IMG/VR virus record: IMGVR_UViG_3300045988_152087
Coordinates: 1-35,987 of that record
Length of the DNA: 35,987 bases
Origin: a virus
Reading direction: 5' to 3' (one strand)
Under the pieces are notes generated by a model. It ran no database searches, was not told the origin of the DNA, and worked only from the letters and a program-made list of their open reading frames with translations. The translations under genes were made by a program, and so were the position numbers. Positions 1-8,818 of the stretch are shown here, in pieces. The stretch's first letter is position 1; the number at the start of each line of letters is the position of its first letter.

Positions 1-101
1 GGTGGGCTCGGGCTTCTTGGGCTCGACCGAGGGGGTCGGGGTGGGCTCGGGCTTCTTGGGCTCGACCGAGGGGGTCGGGGTGGGCTCGGGCTTCGGGGTC
101 A
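1..101 (-). repeat. Tandem 39-bp coding repeat (PTPSVEPKKPEPT linker) at the window start
   Basis: The unit ccgaccccctcggtcgagcccaagaagcccgagcccacc (reverse strand) occurs 2+ times. The same unit family ends the window at 35895-35987. Confidence 0.85.
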
Positions 102-1158
102 GGTTCGCGCCGGCGTCAACGCCGAAGCCCTGCTGCACCACCACGCAAGCGCCCTCCTTCATGGCACCACCGTCGAGCTCGACGTGGTTGAAGTACTGGC
201 GCCCCACGACGGCTTTGTCAGGCTGGCCCTGCTCGGCGGCGAAGCGGGTGGGGTAGCGCAGCTGGTAGTTGGTGTTGTTCTGGAACGGGCCGGTCACGGT
301 GTAGGTGGCGGAGTGTCCGTCCTCGCCGTAGGTGGCCGTGATGGTGAACTCGCCGGCGGCGGCCGCGGTGCCGAGCGTCTCATCGACGCCGCTCACGCGG
401 CGGGACCACGTGGTGGCACCGGGCTCGTCGGTGATGAAGTTCATGCCATCGCCGAGGGTGTCGGTGAAGGTGATGGTCTGGGTGCTTCCGTCGAAGGTCT
501 TGCCGAGCTTGGCGGCCGTCTCGTCGTTGGCGCCGAAGTCGATGCCCCAGTCAACGCGGGTGCCGCCGGCGTAGGGGTTGGAGCCCCACTTGGCGAGGGT
601 CCACTGGCTGTCCTGCGGGCCCACGACGCCCTCGCCGTTGGGCGTGGGGACCTGCGTAACGACGCCGTTGGCGGTCATGGTCGCGGGGCCAGCGGCGAGG
701 ACCTTGGACGCGACCACGAAGGCGAACCCGGTGCCATGGAAGTCCGTGTACCCCTCGGCGCGGAGGTTGCCCACCGCGTCTCCGAAGGTGCAGGTGACGT
801 CGTGGCTGCCCAGCTCGCAGGTGCCGATCTCGACGTCGCGGCTGGCGACCGACATGGTGAGAGGCTTGGTCTCACCGGAGCCGAGGGCAGAGAAGCTGTC
901 CCCGAGGCCGATGGTGAAGGTGTCGCCGGGCTTCGGGTCCCCGGACCAGCTGAAGCCGAGGCGTGCGTTGGACCAGAGGGTGAGGCCGCCGTCAACGGCC
1001 GCCCCAGTGCGGTCCACCCGCTGGAGAGTCAGGTCCGACACCGTGACCCGGGGGGTCTCCTCGGCGGCGGCCGAGCCCCAAGGGAGGAGGGCAAAGATGA
1101 GGGCGATGAGGAGGGATGCTGCGACGGTCAACCGCGTCGCTGTTCTTGTAGTGCTCAT
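1..1158 (-). CDS. Cell-wall-anchored surface protein, N-terminal part (signal peptide + MSCRAMM-like domain + PT-rich repeats); runs off the window start
   Basis: Reverse strand translation from ATG at 1158-1156 gives MSTTRTATRLTVAASLLIALIFALLPWGSAAAEETP..., a signal peptide with an AxA cleavage site. It is followed by a ~330-aa Ig-like domain with a TITFTDTLGDG motif resembling the MSCRAMM N2 TYTFTDYVD motif, then (T)PKPEPTPTPSVEPKKPEP repeats. The frame stays open for all 386 codons down to position 1. The long plus-strand ORF 184-1335 is its antisense shadow. Confidence 0.8.
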   Translation of the reverse strand, partial: MSTTRTATRLTVAASLLIALIFALLPWGSAAAEETPRVTVSDLTLQRVDRTGAAVDGGLTLWSNARLGFSWSGDPKPGDTFTIGLGDSFSALGSGETKPLTMSVASRDVEIGTCELGSHDVTCTFGDAVGNLRAEGYTDFHGTGFAFVVASKVLAAGPATMTANGVVTQVPTPNGEGVVGPQDSQWTLAKWGSNPYAGGTRVDWGIDFGANDETAAKLGKTFDGSTQTITFTDTLGDGMNFITDEPGATTWSRRVSGVDETLGTAAAAGEFTITATYGEDGHSATYTVTGPFQNNTNYQLRYPTRFAAEQGQPDKAVVGRQYFNHVELDGGAMKEGACVVVQQGFGVDAGANLTPKPEPTPTPSVEPKKPEPTPTPSVEPKKPEPT

Positions 1159-1165
1159 GTGCTAG

Positions 1166-1210
1166 AGCATAAGAACGGCCCCGACACTGTGTCAAGTGCC
1201 GGGGCCGTTC
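1166..1210 (-). promoter_or_regulatory. Terminator hairpin with embedded sigma70-like promoter (module B) driving a leaderless surface-protein mRNA
   Basis: 15-bp stem 1173-1187/1196-1210 with one wobble and loop tgtgtcaa. On the reverse strand the loop holds TTGACA (1195-1190), then an 18-nt spacer, TATGCT (1171-1166), 7 nt (ctagcac), then ATG 1158. It lies directly downstream of the DUF2800 gene stop at 1229. Confidence 0.55.
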
Positions 1211-1228
1211 AGTTATTCGTGTCGTGTG

Positions 1229-2362
1229 TCACTCGTCCTTCACCAGAGTCGGGGCTGAGGTGCTCAGCTTCAGCAGGTCACCCACGGCGGCGTCCAGGGC
1301 CTTGCGGCCGCCCACGGCCTTCTCCAGCTTGCTGAGCGTGGCCGGCGAGCGGGTGAACGCCTCGTCCTCACTCAGCATCCCGAAGTCCACGAGTGCCTGA
1401 GCGGCCTCCTCGGTGACCGATCGCCGAGCTCGGCCGGGCTTCAGGTGCCAGCCAGGCAGCCCCTCCTCGGTGCCTGCCTGCCGGAGCGCCTCGCGGCGAA
1501 CCGCCTTGCACCAGCCCTCGACCGCCTCGACGGTGCCCATGGCCTCGGCCAGGGTGGCCGGTGAGTAGTCCACAGGGTCAGCGGTCAGCCCGGTCGCGGC
1601 GTCGAGGCCCACAGCCTCGGCGACGAACGCGGCCCGCTCGGGACACCACGGCGCCGCCGGGCAGAACAGGCACCCGCCCTCGCTGGGGACACGCGGCGCA
1701 CCCTCGATCTTGGTGGCTTCGGCCGCCGCGGCCAGCTCCCTGCCCCAAGCGTGCAGCGCCTCGGCAGTCATCACCGCCGTCGATGTGTGCCCACCATCCT
1801 TGTGCCTTGGCTGGACGATGGTCATCCGCACCTCGGAGATGTCCCGCTCCAGCTCGGCATCCTGAAGGGCACCGAGGGCGTAGCACCGCAGCTGCGGGTT
1901 GTCCTCAGCCTCGACGCGCACGCCCCGGCCGAACTTCAGGTCGAGGACGTGCAGCACGCCCTTGTCCGAGATGACCACGGCGTCGGCAGTGCCGTAGACA
2001 CCATCGATGACGAAGACCCGCTTCTCCAGCAGCAGCCTGGCGTGCTTGCGTCCGCCGAGCTCCTCCCAGGCATCGGACACCTTGTCAACGTAGGGCATGA
2101 CGCCGGCCTTCAGCTCGTTGGCGTCGTACTTCTCTCCGTACTCGGCCTTCCACTCCTTCAAGAGCGCGCCCTGGCCCTTCAGCTCGATGCGCTCCCTCAG
2201 GAGAATCTCGGCCAGGGCGTGGGCCGCCGTGCCCTCGGCCGCCGCCTCCGACGTGGTGTCATCAACGGGGCACGCCGCGATGGCTGCGACGGACCCAGGG
2301 CAGGTCATCCACCGCTTGGCCGCTGATGGTCCGAGCGTCGCGTGCGCTGCGGGGCCCGTCAC
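1229..2362 (-). CDS. PD-(D/E)XK nuclease, DUF2800/Cas4-like exonuclease with C-terminal Cys cluster
   Basis: GTG start. DLKFGRG catalytic-like motif and CLFCPAAPWC Cys cluster. This family typically accompanies DUF2815 and DNA polymerase in phage replication modules. The GTG start overlaps the upstream stop (GTGA). Confidence 0.75.
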   Translation of the reverse strand: MTGPAAHATLGPSAAKRWMTCPGSVAAIAACPVDDTTSEAAAEGTAAHALAEILLRERIELKGQGALLKEWKAEYGEKYDANELKAGVMPYVDKVSDAWEELGGRKHARLLLEKRVFVIDGVYGTADAVVISDKGVLHVLDLKFGRGVRVEAEDNPQLRCYALGALQDAELERDISEVRMTIVQPRHKDGGHTSTAVMTAEALHAWGRELAAAAEATKIEGAPRVPSEGGCLFCPAAPWCPERAAFVAEAVGLDAATGLTADPVDYSPATLAEAMGTVEAVEGWCKAVRREALRQAGTEEGLPGWHLKPGRARRSVTEEAAQALVDFGMLSEDEAFTRSPATLSKLEKAVGGRKALDAAVGDLLKLSTSAPTLVKDE

Positions 2363-2781
2363 AATGCCACCACCATCGCGGTAGCGGCGGCCACGTCCTC
2401 GTCCTTCAGCTCGGTAGCCCTGGCGGCCCCGAACTCCTGAAGGACCTGCGCGACCTCGGCGCGCTTGCCAGCCTTCAGGGCGCTACGCATGGCGTCGAGC
2501 AGCGCCTCGCGGGACCCAAGCTCCCCACCTGAGGTCTGCTCCGTGGAGGGGGCGGTCTCGGTAGGGGGGACGGGGGCCGGCCCCTCGGCCTTGGGCTCTT
2601 CGGCTGGCTTGTCCTTGCGGGGGGCACGGCGCTTCGGCTTGGGCGCCCCCTCGGCCGCAGCGGGGTCGGGCTTCTCAGCCGCAGCGGGGGCGCCGGAGGA
2701 GACGAACGGGGCGAGCGCCGCGGTGATCGCGGCCAGCTCGGCGGCGTCCGAGGGGGTGACGTGCAGTGTGATCTTAGCCAT
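2359..2781 (-). CDS. Hypothetical protein, Ala/Pro/Lys-rich low-complexity centre
   Basis: 140-aa ORF MAKITLHVTPSDAAELAAIT... with a weak AGGAA RBS. Its stop overlaps the downstream GTG start. Confidence 0.55.
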   Translation of the reverse strand: MAKITLHVTPSDAAELAAITAALAPFVSSGAPAAAEKPDPAAAEGAPKPKRRAPRKDKPAEEPKAEGPAPVPPTETAPSTEQTSGGELGSREALLDAMRSALKAGKRAEVAQVLQEFGAARATELKDEDVAAATAMVVAL

Positions 2782-2799
2782 CGTGGGTTCCTAACTGAG

Positions 2800-2836
2800 G
2801 TTGGGGTGCCAGACCTTTGCGGCCTGACACCCCAAC
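2800..2836 (-). promoter_or_regulatory. Intercistronic hairpin (9-bp stem) downstream of the primase gene, with a possible internal promoter just upstream
   Basis: gttggggtg (2800-2808) pairs with caccccaac (2828-2836) across a 19-nt loop. On the reverse strand TTGACA (2866-2861) is followed by ~18 nt and then a TATTGT-like -10. Confidence 0.35.
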
Positions 2837-2873
2837 AATATGACTGACGCTGTCGCCCTGTCAAGTTCTGTGG

Positions 2874-5255
2874 CTAGTGACTCATCCCCGGCTGAGCCCA
2901 GACGGACAGGCGGGCGCCTCCCCCGCGCGGGTCCCCGACCTGACCCAACGGCTCCCACCCGAGCGCCCGCATCGTGGCAGTCACCGCGCGCACCGTCGTT
3001 CGCTGGGGGAGCTCATCCTTCAGGTCCACCATGAGGGTGGCGGCCGAAACCGGCTGCGGGGTCCATGTCGGGTCCTTGACAAGCATCGCGGTCTCCCGCT
3101 CCACCTTGCCCATCCAGGCGTGGCCCCGCGGGCGAGGCGTCATGATGTACCGGTACACCGGGCCAACCAGAGGGTCCTCCTCAGTGGCCCGCTCGGCCCT
3201 CGCGGACTGCATGACCTGCTCTTCCTCGTCGCTGAGCCACGTGGACTCCCCGCGCTTGAACAGCACGACAGCCTCGGCCCAGATCTGGTCGCGGCGCTCG
3301 GGGGTGAGGAACGCCGTGGGGATGGTCTCCACGATCCGCACGGGCCAGTACCGGCGGTTCCCCTCCTCGTTGGCAAGGAAGTCCTCGTGGTTCGTGGTGC
3401 CCCACACCACGAAGCGGCGGGCCATCGTGCGCGACGTGCGCCCGTACTTCGGCCGCCACGTGTCCGAGCGGGCGGTGAGGAATCGCTTCAGCGCGTCCCC
3501 ATACCGGGAGCCGCTGCGAGTGACCGCGAACCCCTCGTCGGCCTCAACAATCCATGCCTTGTGACACGGGTCGAACAGGTCCGCGTCTCCGCCGAGGATG
3601 TCAGGCAGTGGTGCCGCCCACGGGCCGGCGAGCCAGCGCACCCACGACGTCTTGCGCGTGCCCTGCGGGCCAACGAGGACCAGCGAGGAGTCCACCTGCC
3701 ACCCGGGCCGGTACGCGCGGGCCACGGCCGCCACGCATGCCCGCATCACGGCCCGTGACGCCCAGCGGCGCTCATCCTCGTCGTCGCGGTCCACGCCCGG
3801 CAGCACCTCTTGGAGCGTGGCGGCGCCACCAGACAAGCGCGGCACGCCGTCCCACTCCAGCCGGTCCAGGTATGAGGTCAGCGGGTCGATCTCCCGACCG
3901 GGCTGAGAGGCGGAGAGGCTGAGCAGCTCCCTCACCGTGGAGATCGACGGCACGTCCCCGCCGTAGTGCTTGCCGAGGTACTGCTGCACCGCGGCCTCGT
4001 CCTCGTCCTGATCGGGGTACAGGCCCAGGCGCCGGGCCTCCTGCTCGAACAGCTCGGACTCACTGGCCCACTCTGGCTTGACCCTCCAACCCGGTCGGCG
4101 CCCCATCGCGGAGATGGCCCTGGAGGCGAGCATCGGGTCCATGTCCACGAGCGTCTGGCGGTCCTTGGCGTCGGTGAGCGCCCGCTTGCCCGTCTTGGGG
4201 TTGCGGGGGCTGAGCGCCGCCTCGCACGCCTCGATGGTCAGCGGGCCGTCCGGCTGGGGGCCGGCGTCGAAGGTGGCGGCGGCCATCTCCTCGGCGACGG
4301 CGGGAATCTGCGCTGCGTCCACGCCCATCAGCGCCCGGGAGCGGCGCTCGGCCGGGGGCTTGTCCTGGTCGTCCTGGGCACTGCCGGTCTGAAGGCCGTG
4401 GCGCCACTCGGCCACCAGGTCGAACACGCTCATGGTCTGCCCGTGGGTCGGCGAGGTGCCGGCGTGGTCGAACCACAGCGTGCGATCCTCGTTGACCGGG
4501 GTGAGCCCTGGCTGAGTCTGAGTGGAGTCGATGTGGATGAAACCATTCCCGCAGGGGCGGTAGGGGAGCTGGAACTCCTCGACGGCCTCCTCCATTGAAT
4601 AGGTCCGGTTGAATGCGCCGGCAGCACCGGGGAGCTGAAGCGGGTCCCGGCGGGTGCGGTGCTTCGGTGAATCGGAATTAGCGGGGGCCTGATTGAACAT
4701 CGGGGTGGAGTTGAGAACTGAATCCACCTCGATAGGGTCGCCATTAATGCGGTGTACCTCGACCCCGAACAGCTCGGCGTTCGAACCCGGGATGATGTGT
4801 GGGAGGAAAAAGCGGTGGCACCCCGCCATGGCGGACGGGTCGACAATTACGCCGAGCTTCTCCGCCGCCCATTTCACGAGGGTCGGATAAGCGCCGGGGT
4901 GAACAGGGCGATCAATGGCGATGATGACCCGGAGCCGAGGGCGCTCGGCGGTGTGGGATGCGGTCGTGTGGACAACGGAGTCCCACCCCTGCCGGCGGAG
5001 CCGCTCAGGCACGTCATGCGGCACGTCCTGGTCCAGGTCGAGCACGACGGCGGTGTGCTCGACGACGTTCTCCGCCGTTGCGCGGGGGGCCCTCAGCGTC
5101 CCCACGAACACGCCGGGGACGGACCGAGGGTCCTTCTCCAAGACGGGGGCGGAGGCTGCGAGGTCGGTGAAAGTGTCTAGGGTCCACTCCTTCTGGCGGT
5201 AGTCCCCGCTCGCGAGGGGGGAGGCCAGGGACACTGGAATGGTGATGGCGGTCAC
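2874..5255 (-). CDS. DNA primase-helicase (N-terminal prim-pol-like domain + C-terminal VirE/P4-type NTPase)
   Basis: 793 aa with a GTG start. Walker A GPQGTRKTS sits in the C-terminal half and VirE-like motifs (FVVWGTTNHEDFL) follow. Size and position next to the other replication genes fit. Confidence 0.65.
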   Translation of the reverse strand: MTAITIPVSLASPLASGDYRQKEWTLDTFTDLAASAPVLEKDPRSVPGVFVGTLRAPRATAENVVEHTAVVLDLDQDVPHDVPERLRRQGWDSVVHTTASHTAERPRLRVIIAIDRPVHPGAYPTLVKWAAEKLGVIVDPSAMAGCHRFFLPHIIPGSNAELFGVEVHRINGDPIEVDSVLNSTPMFNQAPANSDSPKHRTRRDPLQLPGAAGAFNRTYSMEEAVEEFQLPYRPCGNGFIHIDSTQTQPGLTPVNEDRTLWFDHAGTSPTHGQTMSVFDLVAEWRHGLQTGSAQDDQDKPPAERRSRALMGVDAAQIPAVAEEMAAATFDAGPQPDGPLTIEACEAALSPRNPKTGKRALTDAKDRQTLVDMDPMLASRAISAMGRRPGWRVKPEWASESELFEQEARRLGLYPDQDEDEAAVQQYLGKHYGGDVPSISTVRELLSLSASQPGREIDPLTSYLDRLEWDGVPRLSGGAATLQEVLPGVDRDDEDERRWASRAVMRACVAAVARAYRPGWQVDSSLVLVGPQGTRKTSWVRWLAGPWAAPLPDILGGDADLFDPCHKAWIVEADEGFAVTRSGSRYGDALKRFLTARSDTWRPKYGRTSRTMARRFVVWGTTNHEDFLANEEGNRRYWPVRIVETIPTAFLTPERRDQIWAEAVVLFKRGESTWLSDEEEQVMQSARAERATEEDPLVGPVYRYIMTPRPRGHAWMGKVERETAMLVKDPTWTPQPVSAATLMVDLKDELPQRTTVRAVTATMRALGWEPLGQVGDPRGGGARLSVWAQPGMSH

Positions 5256-5833
5256 GATTTATCTCTCTCTAGGTTGTGGTCGGGGGTCCGTCACCCATCA
5301 AGGCGGGGCGGAGCGGCTTGGCCCGGACGCTACCATGATGGTGGGGAACCTTGCAAGGGGAAACGTTGCAACGACGCGGCGCTACTAGGTTGACTAGGTA
5401 AATGGGGCGAAATCGGTGAAACTTTGCGCGCCGTCAGGTAACGATTCGTTACCCTCGTGTCCCAGGTCATATGACCGAGCGGATATATCGGCGTCGTGAT
5501 CTACCCAACCGGGCGGAAGCGTGTCCGCTGGGCCCGAGATGGCGCGATTTCGCGCACCTAGCACGAACCTAGTGGACCCGGAATCGGCGGAATGACGCCA
5601 AAAAGTCCCCCCTTCTACTAACTACTACCTTCTTTCTATAGAGAGTAGAGAGAGAGAGTAAAGGAATGGTAAAGAAAAAGGGGGAGAGAACTATACGCGG
5701 GCGCGCGCGAGGCAGCGGCTTGTGACTGGGGTCACGCTGCACCGGGGCCGGCCCCCGCCAACGGTCGTGGGGGCGACCCACGTGGCGCGGACCACACTTG
5801 CGCGCTCAGCGCCCCATCGAGTACGCTGGAGCC
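5256..5833. promoter_or_regulatory. Divergent control/origin-like region between the leftward primase operon and the rightward HNH/late genes
   Basis: Perfect palindromes GGTAACGATTCGTTACC (5437-5453), GGTCATATGACC (~5465-5476), CGTTGCAACG (~5351-5360) and GCGCGATTTCGCGC. CTAGGTTG occurs twice and ACCTAG twice. A polypyrimidine-to-polypurine tract spans ~5590-5690 and is markedly AT-rich. Dyad GTGACTGGGGTCAC lies at 5722-5735. TTGCGC-N18-TACGCT-N6-ATG sits before the HNH start. Confidence 0.6.
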
Positions 5834-6265
5834 ATGACGCCGACCATGCCGCCCACGAGATGCACCCAGCCGGGGTGCACGCGCTTGACCCCCTCCGGCG
5901 CATCGAGGTGCCCCACCCACGCCAGCCGGACCCCCTCGGCACACACCCGGTGGCTCCAAGCCCACCCCTCCCACCGAGCCCCCTGGGCCTCCCTGCGTAC
6001 CCGGACCCTCCAGGCACACCCCTCCTGCCAGTGGCCGGGCTGCACCGCCCCGAGCACCGAGGTGGACCACATCGTGGAGATCGCCGACGGGGGCGCATTC
6101 CTCGACGAGGGAAATGTTCAGGCTCTTTGCCGTGAGCACCACGAGCGCAAGACAGCAATCGCAGCTGCGAATCGAAAAGCGAATAGCACTCGGCTCCGCA
6201 AGGCGAAGGGCAAAGCCGTTAAGCGCAAGCCGCGCATTCCACGCGACGCGACTTGGGTCGAGTAA
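5834..6265 (+). CDS. HNH endonuclease (terminase-associated)
   Basis: CQWPGC...VDHIVEIADGG...NVQALCREHHERKT is an HNH motif. The ORF-track start at 5798 is a TTG; the ATG at 5834 (MTPTMPPTRC...) is preferred. Position next to terS fits cos-type phages. Confidence 0.8.
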   Translation: MTPTMPPTRCTQPGCTRLTPSGASRCPTHASRTPSAHTRWLQAHPSHRAPWASLRTRTLQAHPSCQWPGCTAPSTEVDHIVEIADGGAFLDEGNVQALCREHHERKTAIAAANRKANSTRLRKAKGKAVKRKPRIPRDATWVE

Positions 6266-6585
6266 AGCCTCAACAATCGAGGCACACACAAAATCAAAAA
6301 AATACAAAACTGATTCAACGTGGAGTCGAGAAACCGAAACGGCGACGAAGCCGAACGGGGGATTGAAAAAGCCGGAGGGGCGTTCCACAAAAACAAAACA
6401 CGCCGCCAGGGGGGCGCGCCCGTCATTCCAAGCCAAAAACTCGGCATTCGGCCCCTCTTGCGCACGGGCGCGAGGCGTGCTAGGCTGATCCCACCGCCGG
6501 GCGCAGACCCACATCGAGGATCGAAGCTTGCACTACGGGGTAGCGTCCGGCGGCTCCCTACCGATCAGATTCCGAGGAGCCGACG
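6266..6585. other. A-tract-rich non-coding region; candidate cos / terminase recognition site
   Basis: Runs such as caaaatcaaaaaaatacaaaac, gaaaccgaaacgg, gattgaaaaagcc, cacaaaaacaaaacac and agccaaaaactc sit in an otherwise ~67% GC genome, between HNH and terS. The terS RBS gaggag lies at ~6574. Confidence 0.45.
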
Positions 6586-7065
6586 ATGAGCCGCAAAGCC
6601 GGTCAGAGCGTGAGTGACGCCCGCCTTCCGCGTGGGCTCCGGCTCGTGGACGACTCGGTGCCGGAGAAGGCCACGATGCACACCGCGGCGGCGTTGCCGC
6701 GGGACGCCGATCGGCTCGCGCCCCCCTCGACGCTGAGGGCGGACCTGCACCCCCTGTGGGACGAGATCACGGGCTCGCTCCACGCGAGCGGCCTCCTGGC
6801 CGCCGCGGACACCACGATGGTGGCACTCCTGGTTCAAGAGCTAGAGCTCTACACAATCGCGGTTGGCACCGCCCGCGCAGAGGGCGTGATCCTCTACAGC
6901 GAGAAGGGCACCCCGGTCGCCAACCCGGCGTTTTCCATCGCCTCGACTCACGCCCGCGTAATCGAGGGGCTGTGCAAGACGATGGGCCTTACCTTCGTGG
7001 CCCGTGCGGCGATGGACGCACCAGAGTCTGTGAAGGCGAAGGCCGGCAACCCGTTCGCCGTCTAG
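6586..7065 (+). CDS. Terminase small subunit (P27 family)
   Basis: 159 aa, immediately upstream of the large terminase. Sequence character matches P27-family terS (LHPLWDEI..., VANPAF). Confidence 0.7.
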   Translation: MSRKAGQSVSDARLPRGLRLVDDSVPEKATMHTAAALPRDADRLAPPSTLRADLHPLWDEITGSLHASGLLAAADTTMVALLVQELELYTIAVGTARAEGVILYSEKGTPVANPAFSIASTHARVIEGLCKTMGLTFVARAAMDAPESVKAKAGNPFAV

Positions 7066-7074
7066 CCTGAACCC

Positions 7075-8799
7075 ATGCCAGCCGTTACAACTTCAGACCG
7101 CGCACGCGCCCACGGGCTGTCTCCAGAGGTCCGCTGGTACTGCGAGAGCCGCGGCTACGAGGTCCCCGAGTGGACGAAGCCGCTGTGGCGCACGCCCGAG
7201 CCCGGCGAGGAACATGGTGCCCGCTTCGATCCCGTCCGCGTTGACCGTGTGATCGCTGCGCTGCGGGCGCTGCGGCACACGCAGGGCGAATGGGCTGGCA
7301 AGCCGCTGGAGCCGTCCCCGTGGCAGGTGGCCTACGTCCTGGCACCGATCTTCGGGTGGGTGATCGAGGACGCCGACGGCAAGACCGTCCGGTGGTACCG
7401 CGACGCCTGGGTAGAGGTCCCCCGCAAGAACGGGAAGACCACCCTGAGCGCCGCCATCATGGTCTACCTGGCTTTCGCCGACGGTGAGGGTGGCGCACAG
7501 GTACTCCTTGCAGCTGGCTCGAAGGATCAGGCCCGGCTCGCTTACGACCCGATCGCGCTCGCTGTCGGCGCATCGCCGCAGATGGCTGACGCCGGCGTGC
7601 GCGCCTGGAAGTCGAAGATCATCCGCGCGGCCGACGGCGCCGTCATCAAGCCCGTCGCCAGCGTCGGGGACACGCTTCAGGGGACGAACCCGCACGGCTA
7701 CCTGGCCGACGAGATGCATGTCCACAAGGACCTCGACCTGATCCAGTCGCTCGAGACCGGCACCGGCGCCCGCCGTCAGCCGCTCGGCTTCGTCATCACG
7801 ACGGCGGACGCCGGCGGAACCATGACGCCCTACGCCGTCCGCAGATCGAGGGCAGAAAGCGACTGCCGCGGCGAGCCGTCTCGGCGCTACGTTGTGATCT
7901 TCGCCGCCCCGCGTGGCGCGGACCCGTTCGACGAGGAGACGTGGAAGCGGGCGAACCCCGGCTACGGCGTCTCCCCGACGCGCGAGTCGATGCGTGCTGC
8001 GGCCGAGGAGGCCAAGACCGGCCCCGAAGAGCGCGCGGCGTTCGAGCGTCTACGGCTCAACCGCCGCCTGAAGCAGTCGGCGAGGTACATCGACCTGCCC
8101 AAATGGGACCGGAGCGCCCCGACCCCGTTCAGGACGCTTCAGGACCTGGCCGGGCGCCCGGTCGTGGGTGGGTTGGACCTGGCGAGCGTCTCGGACCTCG
8201 CGGCGCTGTGCTGGCTGACCCCGCGACAGCCGGGGGACCCGAAGGGGACGCCGCTGTGGTCGGCTGTGTGGCGCACGTGGACCCCGGAGGAGAACCTCAG
8301 GGCGCTGGACAAGCGCACGCTCGGAGCCGCCTCGCGGTGGGTGGAGCAGGGCCTGCTCGAGCTCACGCCGGGTGACGTGCTGGACTACGACGTCGTGCAG
8401 CGACGCATCGAGGAGGACGACCGCGACATGCAGGTCGAGGCGATCGGCTTCGACCCATGGTCGGCCACACAGCTCTCGACGTCGCTCTACGGTCAGGGGC
8501 TCCCCATGGTCAAGGTTCGGCAGGGGTACGCGTCGATGAGCGCCCCGCTGAAGCGGATGAAGGCGCTGGTCTACATGCGGGACCTCGGACACGACAACCC
8601 AATCGCGGACTGGTGCATCGACAACCTCGCCGTTGCCCGCGACCCGTCGGGCAACGTGAAACCCGACAAGGCGAAGTCCGGCGAGAAAATTGACCTGGTG
8701 GCCGCATTAGTGACCGCGATGAGCCAGGCGATGATCTTCGACGCCGAGAGGGAGGCTCAGGCCGCCAGCGAGGAGCACGGCGCCGGCTTCCTGGTGTGA
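7075..8799 (+). CDS. Terminase large subunit (Terminase_1 family)
   Basis: 574 aa, with the ATPase N-terminus and nuclease C-terminus typical of terL, in the canonical position. Confidence 0.85.
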   Translation: MPAVTTSDRARAHGLSPEVRWYCESRGYEVPEWTKPLWRTPEPGEEHGARFDPVRVDRVIAALRALRHTQGEWAGKPLEPSPWQVAYVLAPIFGWVIEDADGKTVRWYRDAWVEVPRKNGKTTLSAAIMVYLAFADGEGGAQVLLAAGSKDQARLAYDPIALAVGASPQMADAGVRAWKSKIIRAADGAVIKPVASVGDTLQGTNPHGYLADEMHVHKDLDLIQSLETGTGARRQPLGFVITTADAGGTMTPYAVRRSRAESDCRGEPSRRYVVIFAAPRGADPFDEETWKRANPGYGVSPTRESMRAAAEEAKTGPEERAAFERLRLNRRLKQSARYIDLPKWDRSAPTPFRTLQDLAGRPVVGGLDLASVSDLAALCWLTPRQPGDPKGTPLWSAVWRTWTPEENLRALDKRTLGAASRWVEQGLLELTPGDVLDYDVVQRRIEEDDRDMQVEAIGFDPWSATQLSTSLYGQGLPMVKVRQGYASMSAPLKRMKALVYMRDLGHDNPIADWCIDNLAVARDPSGNVKPDKAKSGEKIDLVAALVTAMSQAMIFDAEREAQAASEEHGAGFLV

Positions 8800-8818
8800 T
8801 TCACCGTAGGATTGACAC

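Noticed and set aside
184-1335. 383-aa plus-strand ORF (MVEVLAPHDG...) covering the left end
   Set aside because: It is the antisense shadow of the reverse-strand surface-protein gene. The reverse frame has a bona fide signal peptide, domain and PT repeats, whereas the plus ORF is Gly/Ala/Val low complexity typical of high-GC antisense frames.
5256-5797. Possible tRNA or small ncRNA in the large intergenic region
   Set aside because: No cloverleaf could be built by eye: no GTTCGAATC-like T-arm and no 7-bp acceptor pairing. The palindromes look like protein-binding dyads instead.
5798-5833. ORF-track start of HNH at 5798
   Set aside because: Position 5798-5800 is a TTG codon. ATG 5834 is preceded by a promoter-like TTGCGC-N18-TACGCT, and the HNH fold begins at CTQPGC right after it.
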